64,000 bases of DNA from Chrysomallon squamiferum (GCA_012295275.1 CM022672.1:1798001-1862000), one strand, 5' to 3'; positions 38,952-53,608 are shown, numbered from the stretch's first letter. Made by a program: numbers and translations. Notes: generated from the letters alone by a model not told the origin.

Positions 38952-40339
38952 TTTATTTTATTTATATTTTTGATTGTATAAACTTATAAACATCTAAAAG
39001 TTGGTATTTTTGTATTTGCATAATGGATTGTTAAGTAAGAGTTTAGCTTAACAAATTAAAATGATCAACTTTGTAGTGTATGTGTATATGTGTGAGGCTA
39101 TATATGTATGAATGTCTGTTTGTGTGTGTGTGTGTATAAAGATTCTACATAAGAATGTAGATATATATATATATATCTACACACACACATACACAGAGTC
39201 AGAGAAAAATAGAGAGAGAGACAGACAGAGAAAGAGTGACAGAGAGATGAATAGAGAGATAGAGAGACAGACAGAAATAAAATAGAGACAGAGAGAGAGA
39301 CAGAGACAAACAGATTCAGCCATACTCCTGCATGGAACATAATTTCACATTTTACCAACTTCATTATGGTCACCATGAATTAAAGATTTACTTTTCTTAA
39401 TAGTGTGACTCCTAAGTAAAAATTTATTATTATAGGAATATTTAGGACAAAAACAACTCTAAAATATAAAACACAGTTGAACAAACAAATGATAAACAAT
39501 AATTATTCTTAAAATATAACTGTTTTTCTCTCTTCTATTACAAACATTGAAGAAAATAATCCGACAGTAAAATAAAGTTAATTTTCAGAATGAATGCAGC
39601 AGCAAATATGGAAACAAAAATTAATGTCATCTTGAGCCTGGTTAAGAAAATGTAATTTGAAACAAGAATAATAATGTATAGTCAATACATCATAACAGAT
39701 AAAGCTTTTAAGATTTTCTCATTTAATTAATTAAGGTACAGCCTGCAGTAGAAAATGGCTAGGTTAAGCCTTGTCTTTAGACTGAAAAAATCATTAATCT
39801 GTGGAGTTATCTGTATTTTGAAATTAAAGTACATTTGTTATGTCACAGAACTGTATGAATTCTTCATTATATTTCAACACTGGATTGAAGTTTTATTTTA
39901 AACTTTGCATTGACAAGAGTTCTAAATTACAAATTATTTTATAAATAATTTTCAAAAGCTTATTTTAAGTCCAGGAACTTCCTCTTTATTTTTAATCATT
40001 TAAAGATATTAGGGATTGGTCTTAATTGATATCCCTTCCATTACTATTTCAATAATAGAATATTACTCAGGCAGTCTCCTCAATATTACCTTATTATTTA
40101 TTTTCTAACATACATTTTAGCCGAAGGTGAAGTTACAGACAAGTAATAGTGCATTTACCCAATACTCTAGGTAAGGGGATCATAGGTTAAGGGAGAGAGA
40201 GAGAGAGGGGAGAGGGTGATTTGTCTTGAGTTTTTCATAAATGAAAAAGAAAAGTACCAGTCTGTAATATAAATTGTGGTATCATCAATCAGTGACACAC
40301 AGTTAGTACATACCATATGCAACACAAAATAAATATCTG

Positions 40340-40560
40340 ATTTAATCTCAGATTGTTTTGTCCAGTTTGCCTGAGGGGGTTTGAGTTGTTTGTTCCTGCC
40401 TAGTGCTTAGTTAATTAATGATCCAAGATCAATGAATTCACAGCAGTAACCCACTGACAGATTTCAACTCTATAGTGTGTATCAAAGTCTGTGGTATGTA
40501 CCGTTCTGTAATCAAGTGAATATAAAACAAATCCCTTATTTCTAATGGAACCAATGTAGT
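40340..40560 (+). mobile_element. Degenerate SINE head plus core
   Basis: ttgcctgagg...aagatcaatg...acccactga...gtatcaaagtctgtggtatgtaccgttctgt...agtgaatataaaacaaatccctt..ttctaatggaa. Confidence 0.6.
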
Positions 40561-41285
40561 TAATTTGATTTTATAGACTTTGCATATAAAAATGATCAAT
40601 ATATTTTCATATCATGCTGCTAATAACTGAAAATTAATTATTTTCCTCCGTCAAAACAGAATAAGCTTTGTTTAGCAGAATGTAAAAACTAATGAAAAAA
40701 TTATTACTTGTGCTGTTAAAGCAACAAATGGTTTTTACATATCTTAAAAGTACTATATAGATAAGACACTGAAAAAAAAACAACAGAAGGAATTGATGGA
40801 AGTTTAATGACACTTCATGATAAAACATACAGACGCTATATTACATAATATTTCATACCAGAAGTAAATAGTGAAAATTATCATTCACTGACATCAGAAA
40901 ATTAATTCATCACTGGCACCTTAAGATGTCTTAACAAAAATAAGCCCAAAGTGTTAACTTTTTACAAAAATGAAGATTAATTAAAATTCACAATTTTGTG
41001 TGTGCATTCATCAGACATAGCCAGCATTCCTCAGTGAGGGCAGAAAACAAACACACCTGTTGCTATCTCGACAAGGAAGATAAAGATTTAGCAATATGCT
41101 GTACACCTCTGTCTGCTTTGCCAAGTGGGTGTGTTGCTGGCAATGTGTTTGTAAATAAGCGGGATAGGTTAATTACATTCCCTGGCAGACAGTGGACAAA
41201 ATATTGGTCAGCTGATTACCTGTGTATTAATACACATTCTTATTAGGTGTATGGGAAAAGTCAATCTACGTCTTTCTAGATTCCT

Positions 41286-41426
<141 letters not shown>

Positions 41427-41709
41427 GTTCCCTTCTTGTTTTTTTTTTTTTTTATTTTATGAACATTGCACATTTAAGTAAGTTTATATATTATGTTCAA
41501 AAAAATAATCATAAAACAATAAGAAAAACATTTTTCAAATCTTAGACACTATACAAAAAGATCTTGAGTGTTACTCAAACACAGGTTAATTGATAAAAAA
41601 AAAGAAATGAAAGACAATAAAGAAGAAAAAGTGAACAAATAAATGAAAAGAAAACATTTAAAAAATGATTGAAAAGAAAACAGTCAAGAAAAAGACGAAA
41701 ACAATAATA

Positions 41710-41745
<36 letters not shown>

Positions 41746-42229
41746 AGAAAGATTTAAAAAAATAATAATAACCTAGTTTCAAAAATTATTCAAAACTATG
41801 TTCCAGCCTGATTTTTTTATATTCTTGTACCAATAAAAATCCCTTCTCTCCTTTTTTGTAAATAAAAATATGGAAAGAGATTTAGTTTTGGCCAAAATAT
41901 TTCCAAAGCAAATATTATGAATGAAATGTTAAATATAAATTTCCATATTGATGATATTTTATGCAACACTTGTGCAAAGTAAGTGTAAAAAGTGCAAACA
42001 TTGATATTGGCAAAGAAAACACTGAGCAATTACTGTCTGTGCTAATTCCCCCATTGAGAGCTTCAGTCTGCAGAGAGCCAAAGAGTTCGGTTTTGAAAAC
42101 AGTCAATTGTAAATCGTTAAACTGGAACCAGAGTTCTGTTTCTCTTGCAGACAAAGTGATTTTCTAGTGTTAACTGTGCATGTGATGCAGAAAAACCAAC
42201 AGAATAATGCAATAAAATCTACAAATTTG

Positions 42230-42272
<43 letters not shown>

Positions 42273-43802
42273 AGAAAGAAAGAACACATGGTGTGGGTTT
42301 TTAAATACTGGTAGTTGTGTTTCTTTCAGATTTGTTATTTATTTTTGTTATTTTTTTATTTTATGTTATTTATGTTTTGTTTTTTTTTTTTTTAAAGAGA
42401 GCAATATCATTGATAGATAGTGTAATTGGTGAACCAATAACTAAATAATGGTGAACAAATTCTATTAGATTATGCATTAGATATAATTACAGAGTGTTGT
42501 AATTTTGTAATTAATAATTAAATTATGTGTACAAATTCTTTTATATAATGCTTTAGATATAATCATAGTTTTTTGTTATTTTTTTAGCTTTGATAACAGA
42601 ATATTGCAATTTCAAAATAAATAATTATGTTATGTTTGTAATTTTTTTTATATATATTGATTATATAATGGAATGTTAAATACGGGATATATTTAATGAT
42701 TAAATTATGTAAATAAATATTTTTGTATTGATTTTGTAGAACATACACTGAATATTTTTATCACTTCCAAATTTATGACTAAATTATGCAAATCATTTTT
42801 TTTTCTTATTGATTATATTTAACAAAATTGTTCATAATTTAGTTAAATTATACATATAAACAATTTTATATTCTATTTTATGGTTTGATCTTAGAGAATA
42901 AAATATATTTTTTCATTATGTTGAATGTATATTTTCAGCATCTGTTATTAAATTATATATATAAATATTTCTATCACTTATTATGTACTGAAAATAATCA
43001 TAGTATGCTGATAATCATTTCAAGTATTCAAAAAATCTTGAATGTTTGCATTTTTCACAATTGGTAATTATTCATATAAACAAATTCATTCTAATTGTGA
43101 AATGGATATAGATCAAACATTAATCCATATTATTATTATTTTTTTTTTTATTGACCAGAAAGGAATAAAAATATAATTATCAAATTTTCCAAAACAAAAA
43201 TATTGAAATGTATTTTCTGATATGATAAATTATAAGCATCTAAAGGTTATAATGACCTAGCACAATAAATAAATTTATAAAAATTAAACTGTACATTATT
43301 TAGAACTTCACAGATAAAAAGGAAAAACATCATGCTACTCTGAAGTTAAAATAACAAGTCTGATATTAAGATGAAGCAAAACATAAAACTGTTTAACAGT
43401 TAAAAGATGTTTAGAATTCCGATAGGTGTTTTAGAAAAGTTGATGTTTGTACACCATGATTTATTTCACAAATTACATATATTCTTACATTCTTCAGATA
43501 AGAAATATTCTGTTGGAACAAAGCTTCATAGCATTTTTTAAACATGAAATTCAGACACTGTTTAGAAATGTTTACATACATATATAATTGCCATTTTGTT
43601 AATATTTCAATATATATATATTTCAATCATGTATGACATGAAATATCATGTTCAAATGTCACCTACTGATAAAACACATTGCTGTGATAATGTCATATTC
43701 TATTATAATTAACTGTTGTTTTAGAATTCCATAGCTGTTTAAAAAATATTTATGATCTCACACTTAATAAGGTGAAATTAAAATAACAATGCTGATGTAA
43801 AA

Positions 43803-44003
43803 AACCCAGTGGGGGATTGATCCTGGATTATGTCACTCCTCAGTCAACATATATTTGAGACAGAAACCAGTCTTATTTAATTAACATTCACAAATAATTC
43901 CTTAAATTAAAGAGAAACATCATTAACCAAACACTGTCAGCAGACAAAAAGAGTTGATCCTGCATCTTATCACTCCAGAAGTAAAAATGTACTATTAAGC
44001 TAG
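43803..44003 (-). mobile_element. Two reversed SINE head fragments
   Basis: ggattgatcctggattatgtcactcctcag (43813) and gagttgatcctgcatcttatcactcc (43951). Similar fragments occur at 5231 (minus) and 3075 (plus). Confidence 0.45.
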
Positions 44004-45394
44004 TGTTCATTCTTCCAACTAACAGGTATTTAGAATTCTTCTTGTTAATGTGGGCAAAAAATAACTGTGTTTTTTCACACTTGTTAATTTGAAGTTAAAA
44101 CAAGCAGATTTATCTTCTGTTCTCTTGTTAATCCACAGTCTGAAACTTATCACATGTTGAACAGAAGTAAAAAATGTCCCAGGAGAGATAGAGAGATAAA
44201 AAAATATAAAAAGATTTTGAAAAAGACAAGTAAAACAAAAAACAAAACAGAAAAGAATTTGAATAAGTGCTAGCATTTTAGTGTTTGTTTGTACATGGTT
44301 TATTTGTAGGTTTAATCCTTGTACAGTAATCTAACTTTTATTATTATTATTATTATTATTTGTCATTGTTATTAGAGTGTAAAAATAAGTACTTTTTCTT
44401 TAAAAAAAGAAAGTGGAAAAAAAGAGAAAAGAAAAACAATAAAGTTAATAATAAAATAAAATAACAATAAAAAAGCAATAAAATGAACAAAAATAAACCC
44501 CAAATCAACAACAAAAAAAAAATAAAAATTTGTTTTTTTTAGTAATCAGTAATACTTAGAACACTCCACAAGAACCTGGAGTAACTTGCAACCAGTTTCA
44601 TACATTCAGTATTGTTTCTTTTGCTATCATTAAAGCCCTCAGCTTCATGTAAGCAGTACAAATTTGACAGTGATGGAAGAACTATTACCCTGAAGTCACA
44701 ATTTCTTTTAATTTAAAAATATGCCTACAGCTAGTTTGCAAAACCATTTAGCTCTTAGCAATAGTAACTAAAACACTGTGTTAATAATTTAGAATTTTCA
44801 GTTTATGACCATTGTGTTTAAAAAAGTGCATAATTTATAACCAACTGAAATTACACCAAAATTTGTAACTAATAAAAAATTGACCTTAATGTTTCTTACA
44901 ATTTACAACTGTCAACCCCTATCAAAAGGCAGCAAACTCTTTCTACAAACTCTCAATTTGTTCAAGTCTGTAAAACTATTCTCCTCAGCTAGTTGATAAC
45001 ACCATTAATTTAGAGTAAGCCTGCAGTAACAAATGAGATTTAGACTCGGAAAGACTTCAAACTGCTGCCCGTTGATCTCATGCGAGGATAAAGATGTCTT
45101 GAGAAAGGAATCTTGTGCTGGGAATCAAGCATTGTCTGAACAAAGAGATCTCTGTAGTCATCTGCAAATGAGGCTGTTAAAAACATGACAGGGTGGATAA
45201 TACTAGCAGTTTACAAGTAAACGAAGCATGTAGGATGGTCTATGTAGAATAACACAGACAAAATGGGCTACTGAGATATAATGAACTTACGGTCACATTA
45301 ATGTTGTTGCCTGATAGGTGTGAGATATTATTTTATTAATAATTTAGTTTAGTAATGGACAGTCTATCCAGCCATTACTGAACTGATTGGTTCA

Positions 45395-46275
45395 GAAGTG
45401 GCTAATGATTCTTCAGCATGTGGAGGCTGTTAGCTGACTACAAAATATTCTTTAGTCATAAAACACTAGTGGTTTGTTAGTGGCATTAATCCTTCTGTCC
45501 AGTAATTCATTCATTCATTCATTCATTCATCCATTCAACAATCTCATTCTTGAATAATTTTCAGAAGTTCACAATGTTACTTTAGCATGTGGCAGATACC
45601 AGAGTTAACCAACAGCAAAAACATGAAATATGCATTGATCAGTTACAAAATGGTGGTTGATAATTTATGGCATCCATCTGTCCATCCATCCATTCTTTAA
45701 TAGTTTACTTCAACAGTGCATGATGTTACTTCAGCAGACAGGATACAGAAGAATTTAACTAACAGAAAAACATGGAAATGCATATGTCAGTCACAAATGA
45801 TAGTATCCAAACATCCATCCATCTCTTTCCTAGATAATTTTCAGTAGAGCCCAGTGTTACTTTATCATATAAGAAATACCACAATTAGCTAACAGCAAAA
45901 CATGAAACCTGCATTGATCAGTCACAAAACACTGGTTGATCATATTAACAGAATCCATCCATCCATCCATCCATCCAACCATTTCTCATTCCTCAGTAAC
46001 TTTCAGTAATGCACAATGTCATTTCAGCCTGCTGATTTAGACACCAGATTTAGCTAACATCAAAAATGCATTGATCAGTCACAAAACATCCAATAATGGA
46101 ATTTATCCATCCATCCATCCATCCATCCCATCCATCCATCATCCATCCATCCATCTGATTCTGTGATACTTTTCAGCAGCACAGTATTACTTCAGCAAGA
46201 GTTTGCTTGCAGCAAAACATCAAACCTGCATCGATCAGTCACAAAACATTGGTTCATTGTTAATGGTATCCTACA
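45395..46275. repeat. Diverged compound tandem array, 5-6 copies of 130-160 bp, each ending in an (ATCC)n or (ATTC)n microsatellite
   Basis: Anchor gcattgatcagtcacaaa and variants at 45632, 45780, 45911, 46068 and 46228. Each is preceded by ttcag..g..ca..gttacttYagca...taacagcaaaacatgaaa. A more decayed copy lies at about 45395-45500. Confidence 0.88.
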
Positions 46276-47840
46276 TCATTCCTCTTATTTATTTACACAC
46301 ACACACACAAAAAAAAAACGTTCAGGTGCATGTCTGCTACAATTTTGTTTAATTTAATAGCATTTAAAGCTACTTTTTCTTGTATAAATCCACTCATATG
46401 ACAGTCTCCAGGGTTCAGTGCACTGCCATAAATATTGCATTCTCTGTACCAAATGTGTTTTAAAGCAGGAATGTAATAAAAATGCAATTGCTTTTGTTGT
46501 TTTATCATAAAGTGTGCACTGGAAAAAAAAAAAAAAAACATACTGAGAACAACATGGATGAGTTGATGATGTACTTTGTAGAATTGAAAATAAACATTTG
46601 GGTAATTAATATTTAAAATGACAAATAGATACTGGGGTCATGTTTATGTAATGAAGGTAAAAACAAGTGGTTTAAACATGGAAGAGTGTTATTTAATCAT
46701 TTCAACGTAATTATTTGATAATATTGTACAACACTGGTTTTATAATACATATATATCACACACAGACACACACACACACACACACACACAAGGGAAAAAA
46801 TGTTCTGCAAATATATATATATATATTATATGGATATATATATGGATATATATATATATATACACACACACAAATCCTTTAAATGTAATTATTTTAAAGA
46901 TTGTAGAACATTTTATTTGTTTTAAATGAAAGTGTTCTATAATTACACACTGTTGAACCTTTATCCATTATTAGCAGAAAAAAACAAAAACGTATAATTT
47001 TAAATATTGCTTAATCATTTGAATATAATTATTTCACAGTATAACACAGATGTTGTTTTGAAGGAAAAAATTGTTCTTCAATTACAGATGTGACCTGCTA
47101 TTTGGTGCTTATTTATATCAGTTGACACTGCATACAAACAAAAACACACGCACACATGCATGCATGCACACACAAATACAGAGAGACTAGTAAAGTGAAA
47201 AAATATACCAAAATGAATTAAACATAAGAGAAAAAAAAATAGAAAGTTTAGAAACAAACAGAATTTTCAAAAACAAACCTTTAATACTATACATTTCTGT
47301 AAATATATAAGTAATAATAAGACCACTGCACATTCTTTTGATCAATTAATAACTATTATTAATTTATAAACTAAAAAATGGTTTTTGTTTTTTTTTTTTT
47401 AAATAAATAAAAAAAGTAAAAATTAAAAAAAAAAATAAAATAAAAAAGAATACAAGAAACACCCCCATGAAACCGTGAATAACTGTACAAAGATAACAAC
47501 ATTATAAAGACAAGAAGCATGTAAAATGCAGTAGACTCAATATAACAGTGTGGTAAATACAGTGAGATGATAACGAGGGAATTATCATACAGATGTCTGG
47601 GATGTGAGCTAACACACGACGCATAAAATCAGTTTTTATTTCTAACTCATCCTATTGTGTTACATCAGTATGCAGTACAGCCAGTGTAATGTGGAGAGAG
47701 AAAAATATACAGTAGTTTAGGAAGAGAATTTTTTTTTTTTTTTTTTAAAATGGAGTAAAGCAAAAAGAAGAGTTTTCTAACATGTCTGTCCATATTGAGT
47801 ATAAAATTGTATTAAAAAATATTTCTAAAGCTGAATATGT

Positions 47841-47881
<41 letters not shown>

Positions 47882-47948
47882 TATGGAGTATTAATGATAC
47901 TTCCATTGTTATACTACTATGCTACAAAGTAATAAAGGTAACATACAG

Positions 47949-47996
<48 letters not shown>

Positions 47997-48880
47997 CTGT
48001 GTGTGTGTGTGTGTGTGTTCATGTGTATTCAGATGGACAAAATCCACTAACAAATTTCACTGGCAAATTTAGCCTATCCATAACAAATATGCTTTAACCT
48101 AAAGTGGATGTACATATTTTAAATAGTTGGGTCACAATTTTTACTTAATTAGCATACACCACAAAATACATCCTGCTGTAGAAAGAGCAAATTAGGCCAA
48201 TTTTAGTATTTTGTGTATTGTGTTGCTGATGTATAAATAGATATTAGTACAGCATATTGCAGATTTATTTGTTGGGCTTACTTTGAAAATCTGCAATGGA
48301 TATTTTTTAACACTTACATAAATATACTTTATATTTATTCAAATATTATGAATATCAGACTGTTTATCAAAATCAGAAATAAATAATTTAAAAAAAATAA
48401 TAATAGAAATTCTAAAATTTTAAATTAGTGACAGCACCTGACATTAATAATTTACTGCTTCTGATGTAGAAATTATTACTAAAGTTGTTGATTTATTTTT
48501 ATAATTGTTGTTTTTATTTTTTTTTTTTTTTTATAAACAGAATGTATTTTGCCTACAGTATTAATATTAATAATTAAATTTCTAATTCACAGCTCGCACA
48601 AAAAAGTACTTCAGGATATTAAAAAGTAATATAATTAAATAAAAATAAATACACACAAAAAAATAATAATGATAATAAATAAATAAATGATAATATTGAT
48701 GATGATGATGATGATGATGATGACAACACTGATAATAATAATAATAAATACAGAAGTCGTAACGGTAGTAGTATAGTAGTCATAATATTTTTTTTACCTT
48801 AGGTATATTACACTCCGAGCATTCAGAATTAGTACAATTTAAAATAAGTAAAGTAAAAGCAAGAATGAAGTAAAACTTAC

Positions 48881-49023
48881 GATTTTCTTTAGAAAATAAC
48901 AAGTGTTTTCTGAGGGGTGGAAACAGTTGGTAAATTATCATTCGAAACATGCGTCGACCTTTTATGAGATTTTTCGCCACAGTGACCGAAGAACATTTAC
49001 ATTTCCAAACACACATGTACAGC
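48881..49023 (-). other. Candidate exon (143 nt) of an unidentified minus-strand gene; may be 5' UTR or N-terminal coding
   Basis: Minus-strand acceptor tttgtttaattcttgacgcag| and donor aaaatc|gtaagt. One frame is open throughout (LYMCVWKCKCSSVTVAKNLIKGRRMFRMIIYQLFPPLRKHLLFSKEN). Local CpG cluster. No recognisable homology. Confidence 0.25.
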
Positions 49024-49092
49024 CTGCGTCAAGAATTAAACAAATCCCTACATCAGCTTAGACAGACAGCTCCAACAGCACTGACTATTTCA

Positions 49093-49098
49093 CAACAA

Positions 49099-49140
<42 letters not shown>
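49093..49140. repeat. (CAA/CAG)n trinucleotide repeat, 16 units
   Basis: caacaacaacagcaacagcaacagcaacagcaacagcagcagcaacaa. Confidence 0.93.
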
Positions 49141-49141
<1 letters not shown>

Positions 49142-51173
49142 CTGTAGCTCCTTCCTGTGAAGAGTGTCCACACTTTTGATGATCCTAACTCAATATGAAT
49201 TCTCCCACTGTGGAGAGCTTTCTACACTGCTGCTTTGTAATGCTTGTTTGCAGGTGGATCAGTCCATTATGTTAGCAAGGGAGAGTGGGATGGTTCCAGA
49301 AATCAGAAGAGAAAAAGATGGGGGTTTTTGGCGTTGGGTTTTTTTTTTTTTTTTTTTATAATTACAAGTATTCCCTGTTTACATTGACAAAACAGGCTTT
49401 ACAATTAAGTGGGGAAAAAAAAAAAAAAAATGAAATAAATAAATAAAAAATTATCATTATTTGCACTGGCATGTTAGAGACTTCAGTGTGTGTTCTGTTT
49501 TCCCAGATGTTTTGAAAATCAAAAATAAGTGTTAGAATGACTTGAACTTAAAAAAAAAAATAACTACAGAAAAAACAAAACAAAAAAACAACAAACAAAA
49601 TTAAAACAAATAAAAATTATATAATCATAATTTAGTTTTTTTATAAATAAATATTATATACTATCAAAACAAATAAATAAATAGAATTAACAAAAATTAC
49701 ATAAACAAAGGGGGAAAATACATATTAATAATAATAATAATAATAATAACAATAACATACAAAATTAAAACAAATAAAACGAAACAAAAATAAAGCAAAT
49801 AAAATCAATAACCCCACTAAAAAACAAAACAAATGAAATTATAATGGAACAGAGAGTAATTATAATTCTACTGAATCATTATGAACTTAGGGGAATAAGA
49901 CAAACAAGGCAATGGTTTGATTGCCACTAAATCTGGCATGATACAGTCCCACTGGGAGTAGGCAGGCAGCAAGATCATAGCTGATACTAATGATTCACAA
50001 AATCTTTATTATCAGTTGTGAGAAAGAGGATACTTCTGGGGGAGTCTATTGGTTTCGTAGTTTGAAGATTTTTGTCTGTGTCAGTAAAATGAGTTGCTTT
50101 CCAACTGATTGGAATTTTGTGTTTTTGTCACCTGGTGTTCAATGAAGAGTCAAAGAACAGAGGTATAGAATATGTGAGGTCCATTTAAAACAGAACTATT
50201 CTTGTTAAGTTGTGAACCTCACATCTTTAATGTCCATGACGTGTATATCAATTTCCTGGATATAAGAATTATTGTTCATTCTGTGTGTGTGTGTGTGTGT
50301 GTGTTAATTAGCAAAAATACTGATTATACAGTATTCACACTAAGCTAGAAAAATGAAGAGAGGTTATTTCTCCCTCTAGACGATATCAGGGCAAAGTAAT
50401 AGTTTACTATTAGAAAAAAAATGCAACAATACAACATAACCAAGCCACTGTCACACACACAAAATTAAATATTTTAACCAAATATTTCATACACACCATA
50501 AGTGATAAATTTATTTAAGAAAAGTTTTATTCTTGTTTGTTTACAATTTACTTGTACCCTGGTTTCTCAGGTCTCAGAGCTGTAGTTACACAGTTAACTG
50601 TAATCTTTACTGTACAAGTAATTCATTACAGTCATTTTGTCTTGTCCATCTCAATTGCTGATCTAACTGAACTGTGTTTATTGTCTAATCACAACAGTAA
50701 AACAATGCATTTTTGCAGCTGGTTACATGATTTATTAATAAATGCAGTTTGATGGAAATAAGTGAAGTGTGCTGTGGGTGATCACAAAACATGTTTGCGT
50801 GATTGCTGGACAAAATGGAGGCAAAAATGTATTGATTCTTTTCACTCCCAAGTGATATATTTCAAAAAAAACAATTAAAAAAAAACAAAACAATAAATAA
50901 TAAATAAAAACAAGGGACTTGGAACTTTGCCCTGGGTTAAGGAGACCTTTAGTACAATAGGGCAAGTATTTCACAGAAGTCACGCCCTCACCCTGATACA
51001 CACACACACACACACACATACTTTTTTTTATTATTATTAAATAATGCTGCTATTGTTTTAATATATTATTATTATATTATTGTTATTATTATTATTAATA
51101 TTAACATATTAGTTAAAAACAAAAATGTTTACTATGTTTTTCAAGAATTTTTTTTTTTTTTTTCAAATTACAT

Positions 51174-51276
51174 ATATTATTATTATTATTATTATATTAT
51201 CATTATTATTATTATATTATTATCATCATCATAATTATCGTCATAATTATCATTATTATCATTATCATTATCATCA

Positions 51277-51342
<66 letters not shown>
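51174..51342. repeat. (ATT)n/(ATC)n trinucleotide repeat
   Basis: Direct inspection. Confidence 0.95.
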
Positions 51343-52009
51343 AAAAATAGACATTCTACAGAATATTCCTTATATGGGTATAGAATTACAGAGCTCAACT
51401 GGTTGAAACCAGAAACATTAATGTCTACAAAACACTGGATAAATATAAAAAAGGTGAAAAGACATTATTACAAAGCAGCATTATTCCTGTGCATCATAAC
51501 GAAAGATTAAAATAAACTTCAAACAACAACAATAGAGCCATGAAAAAAATTAATTCTTTGTCACAAGCTTTATTAAAATAATATTTTTAACCTTCGTGAA
51601 AGATTTCAGATGATGAAACATACTCATTAAATTAGTTATGATGAAAGAAAGAAAAAGAAAAGGAAAATAAAATAAATGAACTAATGGAAGTTAAAAAGTA
51701 AAGCAATGTTATTAACCTGATTTTATTTTTTCTTTCTTAATACACACACACGCATGCACACACACACACATACAAACACACACACACACACACACACATG
51801 CATACATACACATGCATACATACTAACATACATACATACATACATACATACATACATAAAAACACCCACAGACATATATATATATACAATTTTTTTTTTT
51901 TATTTTTTTTTTTTTCCCTTTGGTTGTTTTCATGAATTTGCACATTCTTAAATGAAACTTGACAGCCGAATATTACAAAAATGTTTATTACTATTTAACA
52001 TAGTTTAAG

Positions 52010-53200
52010 TGTAGCTCTTAGCACAGACAGGCTTTCTTGAGATATCAAAGGCCACAGGATCAGTTCTCAGTAATGTATCCCATTGTGTGTTTTGTTTTGT
52101 ATGTATCAACTGTGGCCCACAGATTAGAGCAGTACTCTGGACTATTTTGTGTACCCAGGCTGTAATATTTACAGACTACAGAAATACACTGGACTCATTT
52201 TGTCAACCTGTAGTCCACAGATTGTGGTGATGCAGTGGGTTGTAGGATATAGGTTACAGTAATTCAGTTGGGCTATTTTATGTGCCTACGCATTATGATA
52301 ATGTACTGGGCTATTTCCCGGTATTGGTCAGTTCTTTGAAGATTATGCTATATGCTCTGGATTGTAGGATTCATTTTAGAATATTTCCCACAGCCATTGC
52401 CTCAAAGGTTAAAGTATGTACAATGGGTTATAGATTCAGTCTCCCTTGCTGCACTGTTTCTCTAATCAGTCAGTTCCTCAAAGGACAGGGTATGTGTTGT
52501 GGGTTGTTGAACCAGTTTCCCTACTGGGGAATTTTACCATAAAGGCCAGTACCTCAAAAGTTATAGCATTGGTTGTAGAATCAATCCTCTTTGCTCTGTT
52601 GTTTCGCAAATGATTCAGTTCCTCAACAGGCTGGAGGTTGCAGAATCCTCTTTGGTAGACTGTTTCCTGTGTCATTTCTCAAAGGTTGTGGTATGTACTG
52701 TGGGTTACAGAACCAGTCATCTTTGCTGGGCTGCCTCCCATATCAGCCAGAGCTGTGAAGGTAATGATATAGGCTGACAGAACAAGTCTGCTATGCAAAC
52801 TGTTAGAAAGTTGACATTTGTATCAAGGGTTGTAAAATCACCAATCCACCTTTTCTGTATCAAACAGTTGTCCAAATTCTATCAGCTACAAGCTGCAAGA
52901 ACAGTTTTACTTAGTGAAGAGCAATCAATGCATCTAAACATATCAAAGGTAAGCACCAAAAAGTGTAAAGACAGTTTTTCCTTTTTGGCTTTTTAATTTT
53001 ACCAAAGTATGTTCCAAAGATTTGTATAAGTGTTGATGGTTGCAGTATTATTTTTTGCTTATCAGACAATCATCCTGTGTAACATAAATGATTATCAAAG
53101 GTTGTAGCATGTATTAATGATTGTGAAAATCCATCCTTCTCTTTGGTGTAATTTCTATATCAGCCAGTGCTATGGGTTGTACGATCAAATCTCTACTGTG
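52010..53200 (+). repeat. Decayed tandem array of about 76-bp units related to the local SINE head and core
   Basis: Anchor ctcaaagg-like at 52401, 52477, 52553, 52622, 52678 and 53095. Approximate unit: cctcaaaggttgtggtatgtactgtgggttgtagaatcaatcctctttggtggactgtttcccatatcagccagtt. It shares tcaaag..gtggtatgt, gatcaatcctc and cagYcagtgct with the SINE copies at 16222-16400 and 40340-40560. Confidence 0.75.
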
Positions 53201-53526
53201 AACAGTTATAGTTTTAATAGTTTGATAATGTACTCTGTTGTAACCTTTCACAGAAAATATATAAATAAATAACTTTAAAAATAAAATAATATATATGCAT
53301 ATTTTTTTTTTATGTCAATAATAAATAAATAAATGATGAATTAAAACATCTGTTCATTATTTCACATATGGGTCTGATATGGAAAATAAATAAATAAATA
53401 AACCCAGCAAATTAATTTTGGTTCATTACTTTTAAGATCACAAATCCAGTTTATTTGATTTATGGAATTAGTTTTCAAATTTTAAATATGATAAGATTAT
53501 GTTGTGCATTTCTGTATGATGTATTT

Positions 53527-53531
53527 GTGTG

Positions 53532-53608
<77 letters not shown>

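Noticed and set aside
45395-46275. Repeat-spacer pattern resembling a CRISPR or cassette array
   Set aside because: The intervening parts are ATCC microsatellites and the units are homologous along their whole length.
48949-49179. Plus-strand polyQ ORF (76 aa)
   Set aside because: No homology recognised and no supporting splice sites. PolyQ comes from a CAA/CAG repeat. The minus-strand exon reading of this region has better signals, though neither is proven.
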